Shown here: piece after piece, positions 1-7,896 of the stretch
How positions within the stretch are numbered: position 1 is the first letter of the stretch
Layout: every line of letters begins with the position of its first letter
Origin: Vicinamibacterales bacterium
Lineage (GTDB): Bacteria; Acidobacteriota; Vicinamibacteria; Vicinamibacterales; UBA8438
Assembly (NCBI GenBank): GCA_963663815.1
Contig: OY760734.1
Strand: one strand, 5' to 3'
DNA length: 64,000 bases
Translations under genes and position numbers: made by a program
Notes under the pieces: model-generated
The model's input: the letters and a program-made list of their open reading frames with translations, nothing else
What the model was told of the DNA's origin: nothing
The model's database searches: none

Positions 1-667
1 GCAGGCCTCCGTCCTCCCCCCAGTCGGGCCGGGCGAGATCGCCGATGCCCAGCGCCGCCGGGTCGCCGACGTGCACCGGGGCGCCGTGGGCGAGCGGCTG
101 CTCGCCGCTGATGCGGACGGCGTCATCCAACCGCGATGCGGGAATGGGCCTCATGCTGACCACGAGGCGCCCCCGGAACGGGCCGGCCGGCTCGCAGTCG
201 CGATGGGTGACGTACATGGGGACGACGCGTTCCTCGTCCTGATGACGAAGCCGTATTCCGGCCTCGACCAGGCCCGCCTCGAACCCGAAGCTGCAGCCGA
301 GCAGGAAGGCGGTGAGATGGGGTTCCCAGACCTCCCGGACGTCCCGGCATTCCAGGTCCGGCGTCCCGCCCCGGGCGACCCGGTATCGGGGCAGATCGGT
401 GCGTAGGTCGGCGCCCGCCGCGAGCGAGTCGAGCACCGGGTGATCGCTCACTGCGAGCAGCGGACACGGGCGCGGGTTCCGCTCGCAGAACGACCGGAAG
501 TCGCCGGCGAGCGAACCCGGCAGCACGATCAGGTTAGCCTGCGCGAAGCCGGGGCAGACGCCGGAGGTCGTCCCGGTGAACCGACCCTCACGACAGGCGG
601 CGCGAAACGCGGCCGGGTCGAGCAGGGGGTCACCCGCGCCTTCCGGCTCTCGTTCGTCGGAAATCAC
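1..667 (-). CDS. putative hydro-lyase / D-glutamate cyclase-like protein (DUF1445, UPF0317 family); C-terminal part lies outside the window
   Basis: Own minus-strand translation from GTG at 667: VISDEREPEG..FRAACREGRFTGTTSGVCPGFAQANLIVLPGSLAGDFRSFCERNPRPCPLLAV... The QANL-ILP and FC-RNP-PCPLL pattern is what I remember for this family. It is missing from the ORF track because it runs off the window edge. Confidence 0.55.
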   Translation of the reverse strand, partial: MISDEREPEGAGDPLLDPAAFRAACREGRFTGTTSGVCPGFAQANLIVLPGSLAGDFRSFCERNPRPCPLLAVSDHPVLDSLAAGADLRTDLPRYRVARGGTPDLECRDVREVWEPHLTAFLLGCSFGFEAGLVEAGIRLRHQDEERVVPMYVTHRDCEPAGPFRGRLVVSMRPIPASRLDDAVRISGEQPLAHGAPVHVGDPAALGIGDLARPDWGEDGGL

Positions 668-718
668 CTGACGGCCTCGATGGAAGGCCCCTTGTCGGAG
701 TAGAGGGCCTGACGAGAA

Positions 719-773
719 TGGCGCGCCCGACAGGATCCGAACCTGTGGCCTTCGGCTCCGGAGGCCGAACGCC
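719..773 (-). tRNA. 3' fragment of tRNA-Arg(CCG) (anticodon arm, variable loop, T arm, acceptor 3' strand, CCA). Probably the att core of the adjacent element, not an intact gene.
   Basis: Reverse complement reads tcggc-CTCCGGA-gccga aggcc acagg-TTCGGAT-cctgt CGGGCGC G CCA. The T arm and acceptor end are nearly identical to the E. coli tRNA-Arg(CCG) 3' end as I remember it. The required 5' acceptor strand GCGCCCG is absent upstream (795-774). Confidence 0.6.
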
Positions 774-798
774 TTACGCATTAACCCTTTATTTGCAA

Positions 799-1902
799 CT
801 ACTTGCGGCTTGTGATAACTTTTCGTGCCAACTTTGATGGGCCAGATTGGTTATCAGGCACGATCCGCAGCATTTCGCGACCCCCCAACTGGGACTCGAA
901 GACCGCCGTCGCCGCCCGCATCGCCTCCGGCACATGGCCCAGAGTGTACCGCTCCGTCATCCGTGAATCCGAGTGGCCGAGCAGGTCCTTGACGAGCCGA
1001 GTGTCCCCACCGGCGCGGTACAGCGCCGTGCCGAAGCTGTGGCGGAGGTCGTAGGGCCGCACGCCGTGGAATCCGAGCCGCTCGGCCGCGCGGACGAACG
1101 CGCGCCGGACGGACGAGGTCGAGAAGGGGCCGATCGCTCCGAGCGACTCGAGATTCTCCAGCGCCTCGACGGCGGGCGTGCTCAGGGGTATCGTCCGCGT
1201 CCGGCCGCCCTTCCCGGTGAACACGACGAGCGTCTGGGTCTTCCGATCCCAGTGCTCGGGACGATAGCGCATCAGCTCGCTGGGCCGCATTCCCGTGAAC
1301 GCGAGCACGCGGCACCGCGCCTTCGCCGCGGATCCGTCGACGCGCGGGCGTCCCTTGACGGTCGCGCTGCCCTGGTCCGACATGGACGCCAGGATGCTGA
1401 GGATCGCGTCGTACGAGAGCCCGCGCGCCTGCGGGGCTGGGTTCGGAAACGGTGCGACATCCCGCACCGGATTCGGGGCGTCGCGTCCGTCGAGGGTCTT
1501 GTATAGCGAGAAAAGCGCCTGACGGTAGTGATTGCACGTCGACGCGGCATGCGTCTGCCGAAGCTCGGCGAGCGCGGCCCGGACATCGGACGGCGTGATG
1601 GCGTGGCGCTGAAGGTGACCGAGGCGCGCTGCCCACCACTCGAGTTGCTGGCGGCGCTCGGCGACGAGCCGCGGACGATCCGCGATCTGCCGCAAGAAAG
1701 GCTCGATGTCGGCGCCGAGTGTCGCTGGCGCGCGCTTCGTCAGCTCCAATGAGACGCGAGTATCCAGGCGCCACCGGCGAACCACATCCAGCGAGGTGCC
1801 GGGCGGGAACCGCTTGAAGCGCAACGTCCCGTTGACGCGGACGTACGCTTGGATCCGCCCCTTCGAGTCACGCCGAATGCCGGGTTCACTGTGAGGCCGC
1901 AT
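799..1902 (-). CDS. int: tyrosine recombinase / phage-type integrase
   Basis: 367-aa ORF. C-terminal catalytic region ..YDLRHSFGTALYRAGGDTRLVKDLLGHSDSRMTERYT.. (R..H-x-x-R..Y signature). It abuts the tRNA fragment. Confidence 0.9.
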   Translation of the reverse strand: MRPHSEPGIRRDSKGRIQAYVRVNGTLRFKRFPPGTSLDVVRRWRLDTRVSLELTKRAPATLGADIEPFLRQIADRPRLVAERRQQLEWWAARLGHLQRHAITPSDVRAALAELRQTHAASTCNHYRQALFSLYKTLDGRDAPNPVRDVAPFPNPAPQARGLSYDAILSILASMSDQGSATVKGRPRVDGSAAKARCRVLAFTGMRPSELMRYRPEHWDRKTQTLVVFTGKGGRTRTIPLSTPAVEALENLESLGAIGPFSTSSVRRAFVRAAERLGFHGVRPYDLRHSFGTALYRAGGDTRLVKDLLGHSDSRMTERYTLGHVPEAMRAATAVFESQLGGREMLRIVPDNQSGPSKLARKVITSRK

Positions 1903-2110
1903 CGTCGAGGAACGCCCGGATGTCGCTCTCGGAGCACCCGGCCTGGGTGAGCGCCGACCGCACGTAGGTCTCGCTGAGCCTGTCTCGCATCGGTACAGAG
2001 AGGTAGTGGGTTCCGCCGGCCTTCCGGTACAGATAGGTCCGCTTCTGCGTCGACTTGTACGCGTACCCGAGCGAACGGATCCTAGCGATGAACCGCTGTC
2101 GTGGAATCAT
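1886..2110 (-). CDS. HicA-like toxin (YcfA family), tentative
   Basis: 74 aa. ..RIRSLGYAYKSTQKRTYLYRKAGGTHYLSVPMRDRLSETYVRSALTQAGC.. resembles the HicA pattern (..G-x-H..V-P-H...L..IL-Q-AG). It overlaps the upstream partner ORF. Confidence 0.4.
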   Translation of the reverse strand: MIPRQRFIARIRSLGYAYKSTQKRTYLYRKAGGTHYLSVPMRDRLSETYVRSALTQAGCSESDIRAFLDDAASQ

Positions 2111-2402
2111 GCGACCGGACCAACGCGGGGATGAACGGGACGTCGAACCGGACGGATTCGGCGCTGTCTCGCGCAGGACCGTGTGCTGTCCATCCGCGCT
2201 CCCGCAAGAACTGGTCCAGCTCGTTGCTGGAGAGCAGGTCGTTCAGCATCGCGTCCAGGGTCAGCGCAATGTCCTCCATCAACTCCGCCCACGTCTCGGA
2301 CTCGACCGTGAGGCCGAGCGGATCGCAGATCCCGACCCAGAGCTCACTGTCGGCTCGGTCGATGCGCCATGGGATCTCGGCTTCGATGTGCATCACGGCC
2401 AT
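2082..2402 (-). CDS. HicB-like / UPF0150-type antitoxin, tentative
   Basis: Start moved to the ATG at 2402, which has GAGGAGG 8 nt upstream. ..WVGICDPLGLTVESETWAELMEDIALTLDAML.. fits the HicB N-domain pattern. 29-nt overlap with the HicA-like ORF. Confidence 0.4.
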   Translation of the reverse strand: MAVMHIEAEIPWRIDRADSELWVGICDPLGLTVESETWAELMEDIALTLDAMLNDLLSSNELDQFLRERGWTAHGPARDSAESVRFDVPFIPALVRSHDSTTAVHR

Positions 2403-2520
2403 AGTGCGTCCTCCTCGCAACTCGATTCTATCGCGTTCGATCGGTTCCCGGTCACCGGCATGATTCGCTGAAGCCGTCCCGCATCGGGCACGGGGATCCG
2501 GGTTGCGTCGAGCGTCACGA

Positions 2521-2946
2521 TCATGCTGCCGCCCAAGGATCGACGACCTCGATGTCGGCGTCCTCGAAGTCCCGAACGTTGCGCGTCGCCACCGCCATGC
2601 GGCGGGAGCGAGCGATTGCTGCTATCTGGCAGTCGGGGGTTGTGACGGGGCGGCCGGCGGAACGGCGCATGGCGGCGATGTCGGCGTACGCGCTCGCCGC
2701 GCCGCTGTCGAACGGCAGCACGCGATTCCCGAAAGCCTCGCTCAGCATCCTCTCGATGTCCGAGACCAGCATTTCCCGTCCCCGACCGGCCGGCAGGACG
2801 GCGGCGCCGTAGCGCAACTCGGCCTCGCCGACCGCGGAGAAGAACAGGTCTTCGAGGGACCGGCCGGCGGCCCACACGGCGACAGCCGAGTCGGGCACCT
2901 TGCGCATCAACTCGGAGACGACGTTGGTGTCCAGCAGCACAGCCAT
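2521..2946 (-). CDS. vapC: PIN-domain toxin VapC/FitB family
   Basis: MAVLLDTNVVSEL...FSAVGEAELRYG...IAAIARSRRMAVATRNVRDFE: conserved PIN acidic residues and typical VapC architecture. Confidence 0.85.
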   Translation of the reverse strand: MAVLLDTNVVSELMRKVPDSAVAVWAAGRSLEDLFFSAVGEAELRYGAAVLPAGRGREMLVSDIERMLSEAFGNRVLPFDSGAASAYADIAAMRRSAGRPVTTPDCQIAAIARSRRMAVATRNVRDFEDADIEVVDPWAAA

Positions 2947-2956
2947 CGCCGCAGGC

Positions 2957-3199
2957 TCACTCGAAGGAAGGCGGCTCGCGTCCGGCCTCGCGCGGCGGCA
3001 ACTCCAGATCCACGCCGTGGGCCGGTCCGAAGTGCGAGCCGATGATGCTCGTCAGATTCCGGGCACTCGGCTTGCGCCCGACGACATCGCGCAGGATCCG
3101 GCGCACCTCCTCTTCCATGGAGCGGCCGTTGTCCGCCGCCCGCACGCGCAGCCGCGTCTTGATGTCCTCGTCAAGGTTGCGAATCGTGATGCTCGCCAT
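2957..3199 (-). CDS. vapB: ribbon-helix-helix antitoxin (FitA/VapB, Arc-type)
   Basis: MASITIRNLDEDIKTRLRVRAADNGRSMEEEVRRILRD: classic FitA-like RHH N-terminus. It lies 10 nt upstream of vapC. Confidence 0.8.
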   Translation of the reverse strand: MASITIRNLDEDIKTRLRVRAADNGRSMEEEVRRILRDVVGRKPSARNLTSIIGSHFGPAHGVDLELPPREAGREPPSFE

Positions 3200-3336
3200 C
3201 CGTCACGCGCTCCGTTCGCCCAGCATCTTAGCATGCGAAGCCATCGTTGGAATCAGAACGCTAACAATGCATGCGGTCACGCCACGCGGCAGGAACCAGA
3301 GCCGATGGCGCCGGCCGCCTTCGATGCGGCTTGTCG

Positions 3337-4047
3337 TCACGTGAACGTTCTGGCCGTCCACCTGACCTCCCCGACGATATCGGCGTCGGGTGGCCAAGGA
3401 CGGTTCGGCCAAGTCAGCTTGTCGGGGTTGTCGCTGACGAGCTGCCAGACGCCCGCCGGGTCCCTGCCCGCGCGCGTGACGACCAAGCCCTCCCGGGTAC
3501 GCACGACGTAGATGTGGCCGAGTCGCCTGCGGCGGCTGGCGTGGTTGACGAGGATTGAGGAGCCGTCCGCCACGGTCGGCTCCATGGACTCTCCGACGAC
3601 GGCGATGACCCGGCAACTGCGAGCGACGAGCCCGTGGCGGTCGAGCCACCTTCTTCGGAACTTGAGGCGGCCGGTCACGCGCCGGTCGTCCGCGCCATCG
3701 CCGCCGCCCGCCGACATCGCCAGTACGTGGACACCGACGTAGTCGCCGTCGGCGGGGGCTGCGCCGCGTTCGTGCCGGTCATCGTGCGGCTCGCCGCCCG
3801 TGGCGGCGGCAAGGGCGCGCGAGAGCTGTTCGGCAGGGGCCGGGTCCTCGGTGAGCCCTTCGAGGTAGTCGGTCGACACGCCGAGCATCCTCGCGACGGT
3901 GCCCAACCTGTCGACCCGGATCCGGGAGCGGCCGGCCTCGATCATGGAGATCGCCTCTCGGGTAAGCCCTATCTTGACGGCGAGCTGGGCCTGGTTGAAG
4001 CCCCGGAGCGCGCGGGCCGCGCGCAGGCGCTGTCCGATGATGTTCAT
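3337..4047 (-). CDS. CI/LexA-like repressor (XRE HTH + S24 peptidase domain)
   Basis: Start moved to MNIIGQRLRAARALRGFNQAQLAVKIGLTREAISMIEAG (HTH). C-terminal ..VVGESMEPTVADGSSILVN...IYVVRT.. is the S24 Ser/Lys autopeptidase pattern. Confidence 0.85.
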   Translation of the reverse strand: MNIIGQRLRAARALRGFNQAQLAVKIGLTREAISMIEAGRSRIRVDRLGTVARMLGVSTDYLEGLTEDPAPAEQLSRALAAATGGEPHDDRHERGAAPADGDYVGVHVLAMSAGGGDGADDRRVTGRLKFRRRWLDRHGLVARSCRVIAVVGESMEPTVADGSSILVNHASRRRRLGHIYVVRTREGLVVTRAGRDPAGVWQLVSDNPDKLTWPNRPWPPDADIVGEVRWTARTFT

Positions 4048-4057
4048 GCCCTCATGA

Positions 4058-4070
4058 TAATCACTGATTA
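4058..4070. promoter_or_regulatory. 13-bp perfect palindrome TAATCAcTGATTA in the divergent repressor/Cro-like intergenic region (candidate operator)
   Basis: Read directly. It lies between the divergent starts at 4047 (-) and 4115 (+), in a local AT-rich patch with TTGACG just downstream. Confidence 0.5.
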
Positions 4071-4114
4071 CAGTTGACGTGTTCTGCGGTGTCTCTAAGG
4101 ATTTGGAGGCTCGC

Positions 4115-4645
4115 ATGATCACTACCGCACGGGCGATCGCCGGCCGCCTGATGGCGCTGGGGCTTTCGCAGCGCCGGTTCGCGGCGATGCTCCGGGTCAG
4201 TCAGCCCGCCTTGAACGGGTGGCTCAACGGCTACACCGAGCCGCCGATGAGAGTCGTCGGACGGGCCACCGAGATCCTGGACGTGTTGGAGGAGGCGGAA
4301 CGCGCCGCGACCGCGGCGTGGAAGAAGGTGCTCTCACGCGCGCCTGAACTACAGCCGTTCTTGATGGGATCACGCCCCCGTGGCCTCGTGGACGGCGGCG
4401 GCCATGGGTATCCGGGCGACCCGGACGCGGCGTCGAACGAGCTGCCCGACATCTTGTTTGTGAAGGACCTGGCGAAGCTGATGCGCTGCCACCCGAAGAC
4501 GATCAAGCGCCGGCTGGAGGCGGGCGACCTCCCGGTGGCGCCGATCCCGGGGATCGACAGCCGGCCGCGATGGAGCAAGGCGGCCGTGCTGAAGTGGATC
4601 GCCGCTCGCGGGGCGGCCGGCAAGCCCGCCCGGAGGCGTCGATGA
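4115..4645 (+). CDS. HTH protein: Cro/XRE-like N-terminus plus AlpA/excisionase-like (MerR-type) C-terminal HTH
   Basis: ATG at 4115 with GGAGG 6 nt upstream. N-terminus ..LGLSQRRFAAMLRVSQPALNGWLNG... C-terminus ..ILFVKDLAKLMRCHPKTIKRRLEAGDLPVAPIPG..RWSKAAVLKWI resembles Xis/AlpA. Confidence 0.65.
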   Translation: MITTARAIAGRLMALGLSQRRFAAMLRVSQPALNGWLNGYTEPPMRVVGRATEILDVLEEAERAATAAWKKVLSRAPELQPFLMGSRPRGLVDGGGHGYPGDPDAASNELPDILFVKDLAKLMRCHPKTIKRRLEAGDLPVAPIPGIDSRPRWSKAAVLKWIAARGAAGKPARRRR

Positions 4646-5018
4646 GGGTGCCGCGATGTGGACGAGAGACGGGTGGAGGTTCCCGCCGCCCGCCGTTCGA
4701 GGGTGAGCAGCCGCGCCTGCGGTTCGACGATGTGGTCGACGGTGAAGTAAGCGGACGTGGACGCGGGAACGGGCGCCCCGGTGCACAGATCCAGTACGTC
4801 GACGCGGCCGGTCGCAACGGGCGGTGCAACGTCGAGGTCGCGTCGGAACACACCGCGGCCAGACGATCCGGGCGAAGGGCAAGGCCGGCTTCGCGCTCTA
4901 CGCCGCCTAGGCACAGGCCGCCCGGACGATGCGGCGCGCGTTGGGTGGCGGAAGTGGACACAGCCGGGGGCGGCGGCCGGTTTTCGCCAGGAACCCGAGG
5001 TGATCGAGCTGTGACGCC

Positions 5019-5885
5019 GTGGAAGGCGGGTGTGGGGTGACGGGTGTCTTCCCTCTTGACATCGGGTTCGCTGCGCGAGTGCTGGCACTCTGCGCGTTGC
5101 CACGTCGAGATCCGGGCGACCTTAGCAGGTACAAGCGCGTAAACGGGCCATATCGACTCGTCGTGGTGGCGCTGGGCGACCAGGGGCTGCCCTGGGGTTC
5201 GATCCCGCGCTTGGCGCTGGCTTGGCTTTGCACGAACGTGGTGCGGAAGCGGTCCCGGGTTGTCGAGCTGGGATCGTCGTTCGAGCAGTTCTTCACCGAG
5301 CTCGGCTATCCGCTCCGGATGGGCGGGCGCAATCATCGCAACATCAAGACCCATGTCGAGCGGCTGTTCTCGGCCGCGTTCTACATGGATGTCGACAAGT
5401 GGGCGGGCGAGGACAAGTGGGAGCGCAACGTCGAGATCTGGCCGGTCTCGAAGCGGGTGCGCCTGTGGACGAGTCGCCGAGGGCTTACAGCAGGCGGCTG
5501 GACCGTGGCGTCGGTCGAGCTGAGCGAACCTCTGTACGAGGCGATCATCGAGCGGCCGTTCCCGATCAACCTGAACGCGATCAAGGCGTTGCGGAAGTCG
5601 CCGCTGGCCATTGACCTGTACCTCTGGCTGACGTTCCGGATGAAGGGGGTGCGGCGTCCTCTGCGTCTGAGCTGGGCGCAGTTGTGCAAGCAGTTCTCGG
5701 AGACCGAGGGCCTCAGCGGAGAAGCGGCGAAGAGGTTCGCGGCGAGGATGCGAGGGCGATTGTGTCGGGTGGTCGAGGTATGGCCGGAAGTCAGGATTTC
5801 GTTCGTGCGGGGTGGGCTAGTGCTGATGCCGTCGGAGCGTCAGGTAGCCCCGCGATGGGTTGCTGACCCGGAGCAGGGGTTCTGA
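5019..5885 (+). CDS. repA: plasmid-type replication initiator RepA (RepA_C-like)
   Basis: ..LPWGSIPRLALAWLCTNVV..VELGSSFEQFFTELG...NLNAIKALRKSPLAIDLYLWLTFRM.. matches my memory of the plasmid RepA family. Iterons follow immediately. The exact start (GTG 5019 or 5037) is uncertain. Confidence 0.7.
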   Translation: MEGGCGVTGVFPLDIGFAARVLALCALPRRDPGDLSRYKRVNGPYRLVVVALGDQGLPWGSIPRLALAWLCTNVVRKRSRVVELGSSFEQFFTELGYPLRMGGRNHRNIKTHVERLFSAAFYMDVDKWAGEDKWERNVEIWPVSKRVRLWTSRRGLTAGGWTVASVELSEPLYEAIIERPFPINLNAIKALRKSPLAIDLYLWLTFRMKGVRRPLRLSWAQLCKQFSETEGLSGEAAKRFAARMRGRLCRVVEVWPEVRISFVRGGLVLMPSERQVAPRWVADPEQGF

Positions 5886-5912
5886 GTTTTCCACAGAATG
5901 CCTGTGGAAAAC
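5886..5912 (+). terminator. perfect 11-bp inverted repeat (GTTTTCCACAG-aatgc-CTGTGGAAAAC) right after the repA stop: terminator-like hairpin or Rep-binding palindrome
   Basis: Read directly. There is no U-tract after it, so its function is ambiguous. Confidence 0.35.
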
Positions 5913-5923
5913 GGGAGTCTTGG

Positions 5924-6021
5924 ATGGGCGAAGTGGTCACCTTGGCCGTGGGCGAACTGGTCACCAACGTGGCAAGTGTCGTGGGCGAACTGGTCACCTT
6001 CATGTGGGCGAACTGGTCACC
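5924..6021. repeat. four 18-bp iterons (G/A)TGGGCGAA(C/G)TGGTCACC: candidate oriV
   Basis: Copies at 5924, 5948, 5981 and 6004 (spacings 24, 33 and 23 bp). Three are identical and one has 2 mismatches. They lie directly downstream of repA, in a locally less GC-rich stretch. Confidence 0.8.
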
Positions 6022-6103
6022 ATGCGCAAGACGGGACTGCGATGCAAGTCATTGCATCGACTTGTTTTAGGCCGACAGGTCGGCTGGCCGCCAAGTAGTA
6101 CGT

Positions 6104-6148
6104 CAGGTAGTTCACGAACAGGTAGTCCACGTACAGGTAGTTGTTTCG
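6104..6148. repeat. three tandem 15-bp repeats CAGGTAGTYCACGWA, part of the origin-like region
   Basis: Copies start at 6104, 6119 and 6134. They are preceded by small palindromes GATGCAAgtcaTTGCATC (6042-6059) and GCCGACagGTCGGC (6071-6084). Confidence 0.7.
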
Positions 6149-6586
6149 CTTCGCGAATGTGGATTTCGTCGACCTGACCAGCACGAGGGCCTGATGGCCG
6201 TCGAGACGCCGATGGCGAGCGAGCACCCCGCGGCGGCCTGGTTGAACGATCTCCTACACCCCGGAGGAGTCCGTAGCGGTGCTGGCCGTGAATCGCATCG
6301 GGGCCGAGTCGGCGGATATGAACTGGCAACGGACCGCGCGGGTGGCTCCGGGCGCTTTCTCGCCGAGCTGACGCGATGCAACGAGCGGGTCTCGGACATG
6401 TACGTGTCCGGTCAACCCCGTCGACCGGAGTTCGCGGGATAGGAGCGTGTCGGAGGTGAGGCGCCTCCGGTCTGGACCTGGGCGCCAGTGGGGACGAGTC
6501 GGTGAGGGCGCTGATGGGCGACTGCCGCGCCGGGAAGCTGTCGCATCCGGTGGTGGTGGTGCGCACGTCGCTGAGGGAGTGAAGCA

Positions 6587-6985
6587 ATGGAGAAGCAGGA
6601 GATCACGCGCGGCGGGAAGAGGATTGTGACCCTGTGGCCGGGTTCGCTTGAAGACTACCGGGCGGCGATGACGGCGGGCGCGAGCCACGTGAATCTGACC
6701 GAGGAGGAGGTCCGGGCGTGGGGGCTCGACGTCGAGCTGGTGCCGTTGACGGGGGAGGCCGCGGCGGATGCGGTCTTCGCCGGGGGCGACGCGTTCCACG
6801 CGCTGCTGGACAACCTGGAGCCGGTGGTGTCGGACACGGACCTCCTGAACCTGACGGACGAGGAGCTGGGGCGGATGCTCCGGGAGACGGGGATCCTCCA
6901 GGGGGAGCCGAAGCCCGGCGGTGACGACGTGGAGCCGTGGAGCATCGGCTGCGGGGACGAGGGCGCCGGCGTCGAGGCCCGGTGA
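6587..6985 (+). CDS. hypothetical protein
   Basis: 132-aa ORF with GAGGGAG upstream. It begins a co-oriented operon, and its stop overlaps the next start (ATGA). Confidence 0.5.
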   Translation: MEKQEITRGGKRIVTLWPGSLEDYRAAMTAGASHVNLTEEEVRAWGLDVELVPLTGEAAADAVFAGGDAFHALLDNLEPVVSDTDLLNLTDEELGRMLRETGILQGEPKPGGDDVEPWSIGCGDEGAGVEAR

Positions 6986-7722
6986 TGGTTCGGCGTGAGG
7001 AGCCGGCCCTGGGCCGCGGGGATGACCTTGTGGCGGGGATGTCGAGGGAGCTGACGGACACGCTTCGGGCGATGGGCGCCCGCGGGTACGACCAGGGCTA
7101 CCTGGCCGGGGCCGTGCCGCATCGGCGGGAGCCGTGGAGCTCGGCGCGGGAGTCGGTGGGCCAGTTCGCCGGCGAGAGGACCCCGCCGGGCGTCGAGGTG
7201 CGGTTCGTCCTCGAGCGCGCGCACGCGGCGGGCTACGAGCTGGGGTTCGGCGACCGGATGGCGGGAAGGCCGGCGCGGGCGACGCCGCGGTCGAAGGCTG
7301 CGCCGGAGGTCGGGGATCGGGCGCGGGCCCTGTGGGAGCAGCTGCGCGAGTTGCAGCGCGAGCACGGCGGCGCCGCGTATGTGCAGGGTTACGACGAGGG
7401 AGCGGCGGGCGGGCCGGCGCGGCCGCAGGCGCGGGATTTGCCGGGCGGCGCGCGGGGCCTCGATGCGGCGTGGGACTTGATGCGCGACGTGCGCGCCCGC
7501 GGCTATGAGCGGGGACACGCCGAGGGCGTCAGCGGGGTGATGAAGCGCGACGTGGCGGTCGGGCGGGCCGAGATCGCGGTGTCGTACTCGGCGGTGGCGA
7601 GGTTCGGCAAGCACAACGAGGCGCGGCAGGCGGAGCTGGCGCGGCGCGGCGAGGACCGGGCGCCGGCCGGACGGGCACGGGCGGGAGAGGCGCGCCGGGA
7701 CGTTGGCGGCCTGTCGCGATGA
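6985..7722 (+). CDS. hypothetical protein with four internal (A/R)xGY(D/E)xG(Y/F/H) repeats
   Basis: Start moved to the coupled ATG at 6985. Repeats: GARGYDQGYLAG, AAGYELGFGD, AAYVQGYDEG, RARGYERGHAEG. Confidence 0.5.
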   Translation: MVRREEPALGRGDDLVAGMSRELTDTLRAMGARGYDQGYLAGAVPHRREPWSSARESVGQFAGERTPPGVEVRFVLERAHAAGYELGFGDRMAGRPARATPRSKAAPEVGDRARALWEQLRELQREHGGAAYVQGYDEGAAGGPARPQARDLPGGARGLDAAWDLMRDVRARGYERGHAEGVSGVMKRDVAVGRAEIAVSYSAVARFGKHNEARQAELARRGEDRAPAGRARAGEARRDVGGLSR

Positions 7723-7896
7723 CGGGGATCGACGGTGAGGAGCGGAGAAGGGAGGTGCGGGTCCCGGAGGAGAGAAGACGGCGGCGGGAGAAGGGCGGTG
7801 AAGGTTCGAGTCCGTGTGTATTCGCGTGGGTGCCGGGGCCGCAGGCCCGGTGTCCGGCCCCGAAGGGGTCATTCGGTGGCGTGAAGGAGAGACGAC

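Noticed and set aside
719-795. An intact tRNA-Arg gene next to the integrase.
   Set aside because: Only the anticodon arm to the CCA end is present. The 5' acceptor strand GCGCCCG and a D arm cannot be found, so I report a fragment/att core instead of a gene.
5924-6148. Possibility that the direct repeats at 5.9-6.1 kb, or the array at 55.8-56.3 kb, are CRISPR arrays.
   Set aside because: The repeats are 15-18 bp with irregular or no spacers (iterons). The 55.8-kb array is a 192-bp tandem duplication of hairpins. There are no uniform repeat-spacer units and no cas genes in the window.
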